A DNA stretch of 64,000 nucleotides from the human T2T-CHM13v2.0 reference genome, Homo sapiens (GCF_009914755.1 NC_060930.1); one strand, 5' to 3'. Counted from the stretch's first letter, positions 14,563 through 30,489 are shown. Numbers and translations: made by a program. Notes: generated by a model not told the origin, from the letters alone.

Positions 14563-15149
14563 CTGAGAGTCATTGAGGGTACGCATTGCAGCCCTCCAGG
14601 GCTGCAGAGGACCGAATGCCTGCCTGCACCATGTTGACCCTGATAGCAAGGCTGCTACAATATCGCCTTCCTCATGCCCGTGGCCTACTTTGCTCCCAAC
14701 TCTCACAGACAAGGAGCCACACATTAAAAGCCTATGTTAAGCAGTCATGTGTCCCAAGAGAAGGGGAACATTGCAGTAAGAAATTCTGGTGAACGATAGA
14801 AAGCCAGGTGAGATGAACCTGGGGTACAGGGTCCTGGTCACCTAGCTAACTCAGTTTTCAAGGAGGAACCTGGTTGGAGACTCAGGTAGAAGAGGAAGCT
14901 CAGAACAAGTTTCAAACTGGAAGACCAGACAGTGGTTGCAAGTAGAGTCCCTCGAGGCTGAATCACAGCTCACAGTGTATAATTTTTAGAATACTCATCT
15001 TCCAGTCCCAGCTTGACACTGACTTGGGGAAGTTACATAGCCTCTTTCAGGCCCCTGCATCCTCATCTTTTAAGACAAAGATGGTGAAAGTCTCTGTTGT
15101 CAGGATTAGAGGATTGCTTTTAGCAGAAATTCCCCATGGAGAGCAACTA

Positions 15150-15500
15150 TTATTATGGATGCTGGATCCTGATGGATACCTCGGGGATATCCCATCCCAA
15201 TTAAATCTGTAGTAAGGGTTCAGGATGTAACATGGCAGCCAGGAACTGGGGTCATTGCACGGTCATCAAACTCTGAGTTTCACAGTGGATTTGTAGGTTT
15301 AGGTTTAAAGTTGCTTACGCAATCCCAGGTTGGTTTGGGAACTAGTGTGGGCTGAGCCTACTGGTGTGGGGAGCTGTAGCCGCAGGGTTAGGGAGAGAAA
15401 GGCAGTGTAGAGAGAGATTACGTGGGTGTAGGATTGGGGCCTCATAGACATGCCTCAAAACATTGTGAAGTAAAACTGGGAATAGGGCAACACAAGTATA
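15150..15500 (+). mobile_element. Degenerate Gypsy/PNMA-like gag fragment (copy A)
   Basis: 109-bp ungapped match (19 mismatches) of 15262-15370 to 17091-17199; ERQCRERLRGC (15397-15429) and GLIDM (15438-15452) recall the PNMA EKRRRLxESLRGPALD motif. Confidence 0.45.
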
Positions 15501-16158
15501 GGAAGAGAGAAAATGGCCTCTCCAGAATAACTTGAGAGATAACTGCGACCACATCATCTCCAAATACTTCTCCATCCCACACTATAGCATTCCTGTCTGG
15601 AATTCCAACTGCTGGATCTCCGGGTTAGGCAACCAGGAAGAGAACATTTTCTACAGGTGGTGACGATTAAAATGCTTCTGTCACCAGAAGGCAGAGAGGC
15701 TCAGGGGGGCTGGGGGGGCTGCAATCCTTCGTTCTACTTCTTTTATCGGCACATTGTTCTTTAAAGATGTGGAGATGGTCCCTGTTGGGATAGCACGTGA
15801 AACACACTGGTTTCCTGGCTGTAAATAAAACCACTGGTGTTGTGTTTGACATAGCTGCTTTAGTACTTGGTCAGCAGTCCCATATGGTCTAGCAAACCTC
15901 TTAATTACAACTACAGAGGACAGATTCCTCTAGTAAACATCACCATGTTTAACTTTTCCTCCTCCTGCTGCTGTCAGTGCACAGAGCATTTGAACTTGTA
16001 AGCAGCAGGGGAGAAATACCAAATGTACACTCCCCTACCAGAGCTGAGCTTCTCACACCATTAGAGTTTGAAAGGGCCATTTGGGCAGGTTGCATGAAAA
16101 ACTGGTAGACACCTGCTCCACTTTACCAAACCACAGTGAAGCAAAGTTTGGTTACTGT

Positions 16159-16456
16159 GTTTTTTTTTTTTTTTTTTTGAGACGGAGTCTCGCTCTGTCG
16201 CCCAGGCTGGAGTGCAACGGCACAATCTCGGCTCACTGCAGCCTCTGCCTCCCAGGTGCAAGTGGTTCTTCTCCTCAGCCTCCCGAGTAGCTCAGACTAC
16301 AGGCGCATGCCACCACGCCTGGCTAATTTTTGTGTTAGTAGAGATGGGGTTTCACCATATTGACCAGGCTGGTCTTGAACTCCTGACATCAGGTGATCCA
16401 CTGGCCTCGGCCTCCCAAAATGCTGGGATTACAGGCGTGAGCCACTGTGCCCGGCC
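16159..16456 (-). mobile_element. AluS
   Basis: Antisense Alu; TSD agtttg[g/a]ttactgt at 16145-16158 and 16457-16470. Confidence 0.96.
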
Positions 16457-16725
16457 AGTTTGATTACTGTTTTAAAGAGACGAGAGAACTAATGTGAGCA
16501 AAGGGGCCAGGTAAGGAAAAGATGACTCCGGTATCCTTGAGTAAACTCTCTGTATCCAGGTGGTCAATTTCTGATCCAGTTCATTAGCACCCATGAGTGA
16601 TGGAATAATTTTGCAAGGCCTGGTTTGGCAAAAGTACAGGAAGAAGGCATAGCTCTATGAGTTGAATGGAAGTCTAGAGGTACAGAAAAGGGTGGAGTTG
16701 GCCTGCCTATGAGATCATTCTAACA

Positions 16726-18560
16726 TTGGCATGTAGAGGGGGAGGGTGTGAACTATGCTAATTTGTTATAAAAATGAGCGGAACCTTGGAGCCGGCTTCT
16801 GCTTTGAACATCCCTCCTGATCTCAGCAAGCTGCCTCCACCAGAGAAGGGCTGCCATGCTGGGAAACTCCATCCAGTGACTCCATCCCTTGGAAACATGC
16901 CCGTTTGAAAAAAGTACTACCCTGCTTAAAGATTCTAAATCTTGCCTTAATCCACTTCAGATTGAACTATTGCCAAAAAGGTACTTATTCAGTCTTTCAC
17001 CTATGAAACCAAGATGCCGTGTGCCCATTGTAAATTCAGATGTGTCCAGTCACATGTTTAGTAGAGACATTTCAGGATGTAATTTACATAGTCATCAAAC
17101 TGTGAGCTGCACACCAGCTTTGTAGGTTTGGGTTTAAAGTTGCTTGAACAATCCAAGGTCAGTTTGGGAACTAGCATGGGCTGAGCCTCCTAATGTGGGT
17201 GCATCGGAGGTGCAAGGGCAATAGGGTGGGCTTACCATGGTATGTTATTTGCCTGAGGAGTGAATGCCTTATGAGGAAGAAGTCATCCCCAGGTAGAGTA
17301 TACAGATCTGGGCCACAAAACATGGTTTTTCGTCATTTTTGGAGAGACTGGGTGGTACGAATGGCTGCTCATACTGCTGTATGCCTGACCAGGCCCTCAT
17401 AGACATGATAAAGGACCCTAAGGAGATGAGCCCCAAGAAGACAGCCTAGCAATGGAGGATAATAGTCACAGGGACAGAGGCTGCCTCCCTGCCTACCTCA
17501 TCACACTCTAGCCACTGCACTGACAGGCTACCAAGTGCATGGAATGAGGTCATGGCCATTTGTGGGAAGTGCTTAGTAGTGACCTGAAAATCCTGCTGTC
17601 AGTATCAGTGACTGTGGGACCCAGCCAAGTACCCTCTAAAGAGTCGCAGCAGGCTTGTCACCATGGCTACTGTGGATTCACAAGGCTGTTTTGAGGATCC
17701 AGGGGAACTTCTCGAGAGCATGTGCACAATTGTCCCTGGGAATTTCCGAAACTAGCTGGGAGAGATTGGAGACGTTCTGAGGCTCTCATGCTCCACAATT
17801 TGTGGTTAAGCCAAAGAAGACAGCCTTTGCCAGTACTAGTGTGTCAAAGAAAAATATGTTACATATACATTCTATGAGCACAAAGTGATGAGACAGGGCC
17901 ATAAGTTAAGCATGGGAATCAGTCTCATCCCTGACAGAGACACGTTAGGTAGGAACATGATTCTACTGATTTACCATATAATTGTGTTTGGCTTTCTTTT
18001 GTGTTAGTCCCAGCATAAGATAGATAGGGTTTGAGCTGATCACGCCTTACTTGAGCTGATCACACCTTACTTTCTCCCTCAGTTCTTGTGGTTAATTAGC
18101 AAGATGACAGGTCAGCTAGGGTATGGGTGGAGTCAAAGTTGTAGGATACCCTCAGAAAATCAGCTCTTCAGAGTTCAAGCTGCCTCCATCCTTTCTGACA
18201 TTTGATTTATCCCCTACCAGGCTATGAAGCCTTGACTTTATAGTATAAACCTCTAATCAGATAAGCGGATCACAAAACCATCTTTATTCTCAAGACCACT
18301 GCTCTATTGCCCTAACCATCCTTGAGCCATCTCAGGGTAGAGGCATCAGCCTTCAGGAGTTACATAGGCACTGGCAGATCATCATAATAAGGACGGGTTG
18401 CCAACCTGCTCAGGTTACAGTGAATGCTGATGGGTAGAGTCTGCTTTGAATTTCTCTGACAAGAGGGAGATACAATGTATTTGGTTCACCCAATTCCTTT
18501 TAAGGGATTTGGTTCCCAGATTTCCTGCAATCGGAATCATGGCCCATTTTCACAGCCACT
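16726..18560 (+). mobile_element. Fossil Ty3/Gypsy internal region (MamGyp-like), PNMA-like gag plus protease remnant
   Basis: Manual translation gives, in order, ASEVQG (17201-17218), ALIDMIKDPKEMSPKKTA (17393-17446), LPAYLITL*PL (17485-17517), HLWEVLSS (17557-17580) and VTVNADG (18414-18434). A candidate LTR-end/PBS junction aca|ttggca lies at 16725. Confidence 0.5.
18031..18070. repeat. 20-bp tandem duplication
   Basis: ttgagctgatcac[g/a]ccttac x2. Confidence 0.95.
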
Positions 18561-19254
18561 AGAGCATTAAATTCGTGTATACAAAATAAAGGACTAGAAA
18601 ACATGTAAACCTAAAAATGTTTAAGCTAAAATGGTGGTACAGATGTTATCTGAGTCCCATAAATCAGTATTCAGAAATATTGTCTTACTGTCAGAAGCAA
18701 ACAGCAAACAGAGACTTGCATTAGCTATGTGTCTAGATAATGGCAAAAGTTAAGTACAGTATTGTTTAGAAATCATAGGCTGGCAGATCTCTTTTCCTTT
18801 TCAGGGTTTAAAGAAAGCATAACCTTCTCTGTTGCATTTAACAAAGGAAAAAAAAAGGATTTTCTTGTTTTTTGTGCGTACACCCTGCCTAGGGATGAGT
18901 TATTCATCAAAATAAGCTTCCTTGTGTTTTAGAATTTGAGAATTTAGAATACTGAGCATTCTCTAACACATCGCCCTAAACATGCTAGTTTGATTCTGAA
19001 GCCTTTTTTCCATTTTGTCAAGTTCACCCTCTGAAAGGGACAGTGAAAAATTAGGGGTTGGCTCCACCTGGTGCTTTGATTAGAAAATTACACCTCCATG
19101 TATGAGGGCTGTCAACGGACAGTGTGCCCTCTTGCGCACGGAAACAGTAAAAATACTACATAAATATTACTTAAAAATACTAAAACTACCCCACAAGAGT
19201 GACCAGTTAACTCACTTTCCATGCAGGGTGCTAAGGACTATTTTTGTATGGTTG

Positions 19255-19830
19255 TTTTAGTGTCTGTTGCTATGGAACAAATCATCTTAAAATATAGAAG
19301 CTTAAGACAACAAAATCATTTATTATCTCCCACGGTGTCTGTGGGCCAGGAATTCAGAAGGAGCTCTGTCGGGTGGTTCTGCCTGGAGGCTTCTTTCACA
19401 TGAGATCGCAATCAGACAGTACTTGGGGTTATTGTAAAGCCTCATTCGCTCCCGTGTCTGGTGTCTGAGCTGATAAGACTGGACAGGCTGGGGTGGGAGC
19501 TTCTCTCTGTCTCTATGTAGTCCCTCTTTAGGGTTTCTCAAGCATAGCCAGACTTGTTTCATGTTGGCTCAGAACATCCAAGGTGGTGTCCCCAGAAAGA
19601 GAGCCAGGAGGAAGCTGTGTTGCTTTTTATGATCCAGCCTCAGAGGTCAGGAAATGTCACTTCTGCTGTGTTCTGTTGATAGAGGTAATTGCAAACGTCT
19701 ACCCAGGTTCAAGGGAAGGGAACATAGCCTCCACCCCTCAATACAGGAATGTCAGTGTCACGTCAGAAGAAGAGCATGTGGGATGGGATATATATTTGTG
19801 CATCATCTTTGTAAAAATACAATCAACCAC
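19255..19830 (-). mobile_element. MaLR LTR (MLT1G/H-like)
   Basis: tgttgctatggaacaaatcatc...catttattatctcccacggtgtctgtgggccaggaattcag...ccagcctcagaggtc...gagcatgtgggatggga. Confidence 0.75.
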
Positions 19831-19999
19831 AATTGTTTTATTTAATCATCCTTCACCGTAAATGAAGTTGCTTCGATATATCATTATCCCAATTTTACAT
19901 TTAAGTGAAAGCAGAAGGAAACATTAAAGATCTTCTTACGCCCTTTCGGTGTCATACTAGAGCATTGCCTAATAAGCTGTCAAAAGTGTCATCTGTACA

Positions 20000-20218
20000 C
20001 GATTCTCAGTCTTGGCGCTATTGAAATTTTGGTCTGGGTAATTCTTTGCCGTGGGGGCTGTTCAGGGCGTAATAGGTCATTTAGCAGTATCCCTGGCCCC
20101 TGCCCACCAGATACCAGTAGCACACCTTCATCCCTTTAGTTGCGATAACCACAAATGTCTCCAGACATTGTCAGATATCTCTGGGGTGAGGAGAGGGCAA
20201 ATGTTCCCCCAGTTGGGA
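20000..20218. mobile_element. MER20 hAT-Charlie DNA transposon
   Basis: ttctcagtcttggcgctattgaaattttgg...taattctttgccgtgggggctg...aaatgtctccagacattgtcaga. Confidence 0.85.
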
Positions 20219-20501
20219 AGTTTTACAGGAAGAAAGTTACTTTGATTATTTGCTATTGATGAAGGTGAGACTCTTGTAAAGTTAATGTTAACTTGTGGAG
20301 GATCATTATGTTGCAATTCATTTCTGTCCAGTAGGAAATATAAATCCTACAGATTATAGTTGTGTTGTTTTATAATTTACCAGTTTCAATTTCACTTGCA
20401 ATCTTATTCCAGCATTCTTTTTGTTCATTGACTATATATAGTAATTTTTCTTCTCCTTCTTCATTCATTGATAAGTTAAATAAACCTTTGTCACATGTGT
20501 G

Positions 20502-20504
<3 letters not shown>

Positions 20505-20532
<28 letters not shown>

Positions 20533-20544
20533 GCACACACACAC
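20505..20544. repeat. (CA)n microsatellite, interrupted
   Basis: acacacac...aaacgcacacacac. Confidence 0.95.
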
Positions 20545-20599
20545 CAGCTCCTTGGCAGAATGCAGAGTGAGAATTCTCTCCAATATGGGGATATGGAGC

Positions 20600-20931
20600 T
20601 ATTATGATCTCCCTTCAAGAAAGAACTTGCAGATTAGCTGTGAGGGTGCAGTTAGGTGATGGCCTTGGTTGCAGTGCCTCTGGTTGCTTAGCCACAGCAG
20701 TTGAGCTGAGGCCATGCTTTTCCTAGGCAGACCTTTAACAGCTAATGAGCACAGTGGGCGTGCCAGGGCCTGGCCCTTTCTGTTCATCATGGAACTTCTC
20801 CAACAGGCAGCCTTTGCTCTGGAGCTCTCTGTTGGGCTGGCTGAGACTTTTGCAGGACAGCACTGCAGTTTGAGACTCCTCCTAACTAACCCTCCTTCTC
20901 CCTCCCCTTTCACAGGTGACAGACCTGCATC
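20600..20931 (+). mobile_element. ERVL LTR16-like LTR, 3'-truncated
   Basis: cccttcaagaaagaacttgc...ccagggcctggccctttctg...ctttgctctggagctctctgttgggctggctgagactt...cctttcacaggtgacagacctgcatc. Confidence 0.7.
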
Positions 20932-22960
<2,029 letters not shown>

Positions 22961-24149
22961 AAAGGTGGTGGTGCGTCACAAAGGACAGCAGTTGGGCCAT
23001 AAGTCAGTTATGCTTCTGAAGCAGCAGACCAACATGGTGCATTTTCATGACTGCCACATATGCAAAAGCAGGACATATATGATTTATTTTAAAAGAACCA
23101 CCCTTGTGGAAACAACATTGGGCAAAATCAGTAAAATACTGACTTTATACACGCTGTCATTTTAATAAAAATAAAGAGAGATAACATTTATTGAGCATTC
23201 ATGATATGCCAGGTGCTCTATTAGACACATATTGTAACATTACCTCATTATGTAGTTATTACTATCAGTCTAATTTTACAAATGAGCAAGAGGAATACAA
23301 TGTAACTAAAGAAACTGCTCAAATTTACATAGTAAGTAAAGAGGAAGACATGGAATTGGAACCAGGTGACCAAATTCACAGCATCAGATATTCTTTCGTT
23401 TTTTATGTCAGTGTTGTTTAGTTTTCAACATAGAGATTTTGCACATATTTTATTGGATTTATAGCTATATATTTCAGCTTTTGATGCTATTGTAGATGAT
23501 ACTGGTTTTAAAATTTCATTTTCTAATTACTCATTGCCAGTATATAGAAATGTAATTGATTTTTGTATATTGACCTCTATCCTGAAATTTTGCTAAACCA
23601 AATTAAAATTTTTATAACATTTCTTACAGATCCTATGGGATTTTTCTGTATAGTCAATGTCATTTGCAAGTAGAGGCAGTTTTATTTTTTTCTTCCCAAT
23701 CTGTATGTCATTTTATTTCTTTTTCTTGCCTTATTTCACTAGCTAAGAGCTCTAGTACAATACTGGTTAGGAGTGGTAAGGGGAGATATCTTGCTTTTTT
23801 TTTTAATTTTAGGAAGAAAGTTTTCAATATGTGACTATTAAGTATGATAGCTTTAGGTTTGCTGTAGACACACTATATCTAATTGTGAAAATTTCCTTCT
23901 ATTCTTAGAATGCTGAGCATTTTATCTTTTTAAAATCATGCATGAATATTAAATTTTGCCAAATGCTTTTTTATCAGCTATTGAGATAATCATATATGTT
24001 TTCTCTTTAGTCTGCTTGAATTACATGGATTGATTTTTCTAAAGTTGAAACAACCTTCTATTCCTAGGATAAACCGCCCTTGGACATCATATATTATCTG
24101 TTTCACATACTAAAGGATGATTTTTTTTTTTAAGTTTTTTAGAACTGAT

Positions 24150-24524
<375 letters not shown>

Positions 24525-25262
24525 CTAGCTTGATAAAGGACAGATAAATATTTCCTTCTCTTCTATTTTCTGGAAGAGTTTGTGTAGAATTTGTATTATT
24601 TCTTCCTTAATTGGGTAGAATTCATAGGTGATGCATTTGGACCTGGAGTTTTATTCATAAAATGATTTGTATTACAAATTCAATTTATTTACTAGATACA
24701 GGTCTAGATTATCTATTTCTTCTTGAAGAAAACTTGATAATTTGACCCTTCTAAGAAATATATCTATTTCAGCATGTGTTGGTATACTTAGAAAGGAAAC
24801 ATGTCTATTTCATCTAAGTTATTGAATGCATTTGCATAAAGTTGTTTGTAATACCTGCTGATTATCCTTTTAATGTCTTTGGGGTCAGTAATGACGTTCT
24901 TCTTTTATTTCTGATATTTGTTTGCAATTTGTGTCTCCTCTTTTTATTCTAATCACTCTGGCTAAAAGTTTATCTTTTTTGTTGTTCTCAAAAAAACAAA
25001 CAGCTTCGTTTTCATTGATTTTCTCTATGGTTTTTCCATTTTCTATTTTATTGATTTCTCTTCCTATGTTTATTATTTCCTTTCTTTTACTTACTATGAG
25101 TTTTATTTAAGGTAGAAATTGAAGTTTTTGAAATGACAGTTTTTTTCTTTTCCAATATAGTTGTCTAATGCTATAGATTTCCTTCTCAACACTGTTTTAG
25201 CCGCATCTCACAAATATTAATATGTTGCTTTTCATTTAAATTAAATTTAAAATATTTCCCCC

Positions 25263-25566
<304 letters not shown>

Positions 25567-26193
25567 CCAATTTCTATTTTTATCTTTTCTATGACTCACT
25601 TGTTGTTGAAAATTGTGTAGCTTAAATTCCAAATCCTTGGGAATTTTTTCAGATATCTTTCTGTTATAGATTTCTAGTTTAATTCCTAGTTTAAATCACA
25701 GAAGATACTTTGCATATAATTCTATTTAAATTTATTGAGGTTTGTTTTATGGCCGGGAATATGGTCTTTCTTTGGTGAATGCTCCGTGTGCACTTGAAAA
25801 TAATGTATATTCCACTGTTATTGGGTTGGATGTTCTATAAACTTTGATTAGGTCAAATCAGTTAATAATATTGTTCTTGCCTTCTATATCCTTACTGATT
25901 TTCCCTTTACTTGTCTTCTTGATTACTGAAAGAGGAGTATAAATGTCTTAATGATTAATTTGTCTACTTCTTTTAGCTCTAGCAGTTTTTGCTTCATGTA
26001 TTTTGAAGGTCTGTTGTTAATTGCACACACATTTATGCTTTTTACCTCTTCTTATATCTTGTTTTAAACTTACTCCTTTATTATTATTTAAGGTCCTTCT
26101 TTATCACTTTTAGCATATTTTGCCTTTATAGGTACAATGGGTTTGTTTTGTAGACAGCATGTAAGAGTACTATGCTCTTTTTATTTTTTATTT

Positions 26194-26357
26194 CAGGGAA
26201 AAGCAGTTACAAAGTTTCCAACCAGCACAAATTCCATAGTCAGGTTTTCCACATGTGGGGAAATGACAGGGGTCAGCACATCCAACGTGCAATGGACAAG
26301 CCTTGCACTGGGTAAACCACGTTCATGGTCATGGAATCTCATTTACCAGGTAAGTAT
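26194..26357 (-). pseudogene. U1 snRNA processed pseudogene (full length, 164 nt); possibly RNU1-64P by recall of the locus
   Basis: Reverse complement reads ATACTTACCTGG...GAGATTCCATGACCATGAACGTGGTTTACCCAG...TCCATTGCAC...GGATGTGCTGACCCCTG...ATTTCCCC...AATTTGTG (Sm site)...CTTTTCCCTG, followed by an A-rich tail (26178-26193). Confidence 0.96.
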
Positions 26358-26590
26358 TGGTCTTGCTTTTCAAAAATCAATCTGATACTTTCTGCATTTT
26401 AATGGGAAATTTAATGTAATTATTGACATTGGTTAGATTTAAATCTGCCATCTTGCTATTTGTTTTATATGTATTCTATTTAGTCTTTGTTCCTTTTTTC
26501 CCTCTTTTTCCTTCTGTTCTGAATTAATGGAGTATTTTTATGATTCCATTTTACACTCACTATCGTTTTTTAAAAAACATGTATTTTGGG

Positions 26591-26952
<362 letters not shown>

Positions 26953-27892
26953 TTAATTAGTCACAATCTACCTTGAAACTATTGTGTTTCACATGTAGTT
27001 TAAGGATCTCACCCTCACAACTCTATACTCCCAAGTCCTCTTTCCCATCCTTTGTGCTAAAATTTTCATAAGTTTTAGAAGTAAATATTCTACCAGCATA
27101 CACTACATGGCTACTACTTTTGCTTTAGTCATTCCATTATCTTTCAGGGCAATTATCAACTTAAAAATGTCTTTGATATTTACCTTCCTTTTCAGCATTT
27201 CTGTAATCTTCATTTCTTTGTGTACAACTAAGTTTCTAGGATCTTATTCCTCCTGCTAAAGTACTTATTTAATTTTTCATCTTGCACAGATCTGCTGATG
27301 TTAATTCTTTCATCTTTCGTTTGTTCAAAACAATATTTATTTGACTTTATTTTAAAAGATATAGAATTCTTGCTGATTCAAGCAATGGATAAAAAATATA
27401 GAATTCTGAGATGCTAGTTTTTTTTTCTTTCAATGCTTTAAAGATGTCACTCTTGTCTTCTGGGTTGCATAAATTCTAATGAGACATCTACTATAATTCT
27501 TATTTGGGTTGCCCTCAAGATTTTCTTTTGACTCTTGGTTTCCAGCAGTTTGAATTTTATTTGTCTAGTTAGATTTTTTTCCTTACATATGCTGCAAGGG
27601 GTCCCATGCATTTCTTGGATATGTATTTTGATGTTTTCCATTATTTTTATTTTTTCAAATATTTCATCTGATCAGTTTTTTTCTTTTTTATTCTGTTTGT
27701 ATGGCATCTAACATCTCTTCATCTCATGCTTTGACTCAGGTATGACAGTGCTTGCATCCTAATAAGGGCCTTTCTTTAAATTTCAGTCTTCTTGGTTGTG
27801 CTGCAACCTTTGTTCTCTGATGGAAAAAAGTGTTATAATTGTACTGTTTATCTGGAGCTTTCTTGTTATGGTAGATGTTATGTTTTCTTTCC

Positions 27893-29717
27893 AGTTTTCC
27901 TATACACCGATAATATCCAAGCTGAAAGCCAAATAAAAAACACAGTTCTATTCACAGTAGCCACAAAAAAGTAAAGTAAAATGCCTAGCAATACAGTTAG
28001 CCAGGGAGGTGAAAGATTTCTACAATTAGAACTACAAAGCACTGCTCTAAGAAATCAGAAATGATACAAACAAATGGAAAAACATTCCATAATCACGGAT
28101 AGGAAGAATCAATATTGTTAAAATGGCTATACTGCCCAAAGCAATTTATAGATTCAATGCTATTTTTATCAAATTACCAATGATATTCTTCACAGAACTA
28201 GAAACAACTATTTTAAATTTCATATGGAACCAAAAAAGAGCTCGAATAGCCATGGCAATCCTAAGCAAAAAGAACAAAGCTGGAGGCATCAAGTTACCTG
28301 ACTTCAAGCTATACTACAAGGCTACAGTAACCAAAACAGCATGGTACTGGTACAAAAACAGACACACAGACGAACACAACAGAATTGAGAGTCCAGAAAT
28401 AATGCTACAGACCAACAACCATCTGATCTTTGATAAAGTTGACAAAAACAATGGAGAAATAACTCCCTATTCAACAAATGGTGCTGGGATAACTGGCTAG
28501 CCATATGCAGAAGATTGAAACTGGACTCCTTCCTTACACCATATATAAAAATTAACTCAAGATGGATTAAAGACTTAAATGTAAAACCCCAAACCATAAA
28601 AACCCTGGAAGATAATCTAGCAACTACCATGGTGGACATAGAACCTGGCAAAGATTTCATGACAAAGACACCAAAAGCAAGTGTGACAAAATAAAAAATG
28701 GACACATGGGACCAAATTAAACTAAAGAGCTTCTGCACAGCAAAAGAAACTATCAACAGAGCAAACAGACAACCTACAGAGTGGGAGAAAGTATTTGTAA
28801 ACTATGCATACAACAAAGGTCTAATATCCAGAATCTGTAAGGAACTTAAACAAATCAACAAGCAAAAAACAAATCCCATTAAAAAGTGGGCAAAGGACAG
28901 AATAGACACTCTCAGAAGATACACATGTAGTCAACAAGCATATGAAAAAATGTTCAACATAACTAGTCATTACAGAAAGGTAAATCAAAACCAGGATGAG
29001 ATGCCATCTCACACCAGTCAGAATGGCTATTAATAAAAAGTAAAAAAATAACCGATGCTGATGAAGTTATGGAGAAAAGGGAATGTTTATACACTGCTGG
29101 TGGGAAGGTAAATTAGTTCAGCCATTATGGAAAGCAGTTTGGCAATTTCTCAAATAACTCAAAGCAGAACTACCATTCAACTCAGTAATCCCATTATTAG
29201 GCATATACCCAAAGGAATATAAATGATTATACCATAAAGACACATGCACATGTATGTTCACTGCAGCACTATTCACAATAGCAAAGACATGGAATCAACC
29301 TAAATGCCCATCAACAGTAGACTGGATAAAGAAAATATGATACATATACACCATGAAATACTACACAGACACAAAAAAACAACAAGAACATGTCCTTTAC
29401 AGCAATATGGATGGAGCTGGAGGCCATTATCCTACATAAGCTAACACAAGATCAGAAAACAGATACTGCATATTCTCACTTTTAAGTGGGAGCCGAACAT
29501 TGAGTACATATGAACACAAAGAAGGGAACAACAGACATTGGGGCCTCCTTGAGGGTGGAGGGAGGGAGAAGCGTGAGGATAAAAAAACTATCAGGTACTA
29601 TGCTTATTACCTGGGTGGTGAAATAATCTGTACACCTAACCCCCCTGACATGAAATTTACCTATATAAAAACCTGCACATGTACCCCAAACCTAAAACCA
29701 AAGTTAAAAAAATAAAA
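27893..29717 (+). mobile_element. L1PA-old/L1PB 5'-truncated element (ORF2 C-terminal part, 3' UTR, poly(A))
   Basis: ORF 28123-28500 [14 protein letters not shown]...[24 protein letters not shown] and 28698 [18 protein letters not shown] are L1 ORF2p. Confidence 0.95.
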
Positions 29718-30489
29718 ATTAAGATTAAAGTTTTACTATGAAAAACCATAAGTTTACACGGATATTTCCAATTGCAATCAAACATTACAGAGTACATTTC
29801 CTTTTACCCATGTCCACATGCATTTCCCTTCTCAACAGTGGGAAACCTGACTCTCATCCTCTTATTATCATAGATATGTTATATATATTATACATATATT
29901 GTGTATATTAAATTATAAAATATTACTATAATAAATGCATTTTATTAAGTCTAGAATACAGAGAATGTTTCTGAATTGCCAGCCCATACCCTTGTGAAAA
30001 GCAAACCTGCTATCGTTCAATATCTCTTCATATTTTTAAAGATAAAATTTACATAACTGAAGTGCATAAATCGTAAGTGTTCAATTTAATGGCCTTTAAA
30101 AATTTACATAATTATAATATTACATACTTACATACTTATAATATTACAAATTTACATACTTATAATATTACAAATTTAACCTCTTGTTTGAAGACTGCTT
30201 TGGATAAGCTCCCCATGCAACTTTAACATCTCTTTATTACAAAACTTATTGCAATGATTTCTCTGTAGAGTCATCCATTCTTTAGAGAAGTCCACTATGT
30301 TCACTAGAATATTAACTCATTAAAGAAAGGGACTATGCCTTTTCAGTTTGGGGTCTCTACTTTTGGACAGTATCTGGTATACAACAAGGTACCAATGAAT
30401 GTTTGCTACATAAGTAAAGTTCCATTGGAACAAATACCCTGCAGCTTTAAATAGGGGAGCTGTGTAATTTTAAATCTAAGATCTGCTTA

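Noticed and set aside
14587-14606. Palindrome tgcagccct-cc-agggctgca
   Set aside because: A single short inverted repeat is expected by chance in 64 kb, and there is no supporting context.
13189-14724. 511-aa His/Thr-rich ORF and overlapping Cys/Val-rich ORFs
   Set aside because: These are translations of the TG/CA array, which lacks stop codons by composition. Several frames are open at once and there is no gene context.
28123-29033. L1 ORF2-like ORFs as an active LINE
   Set aside because: The element is 5'-truncated with stops and frameshifts.
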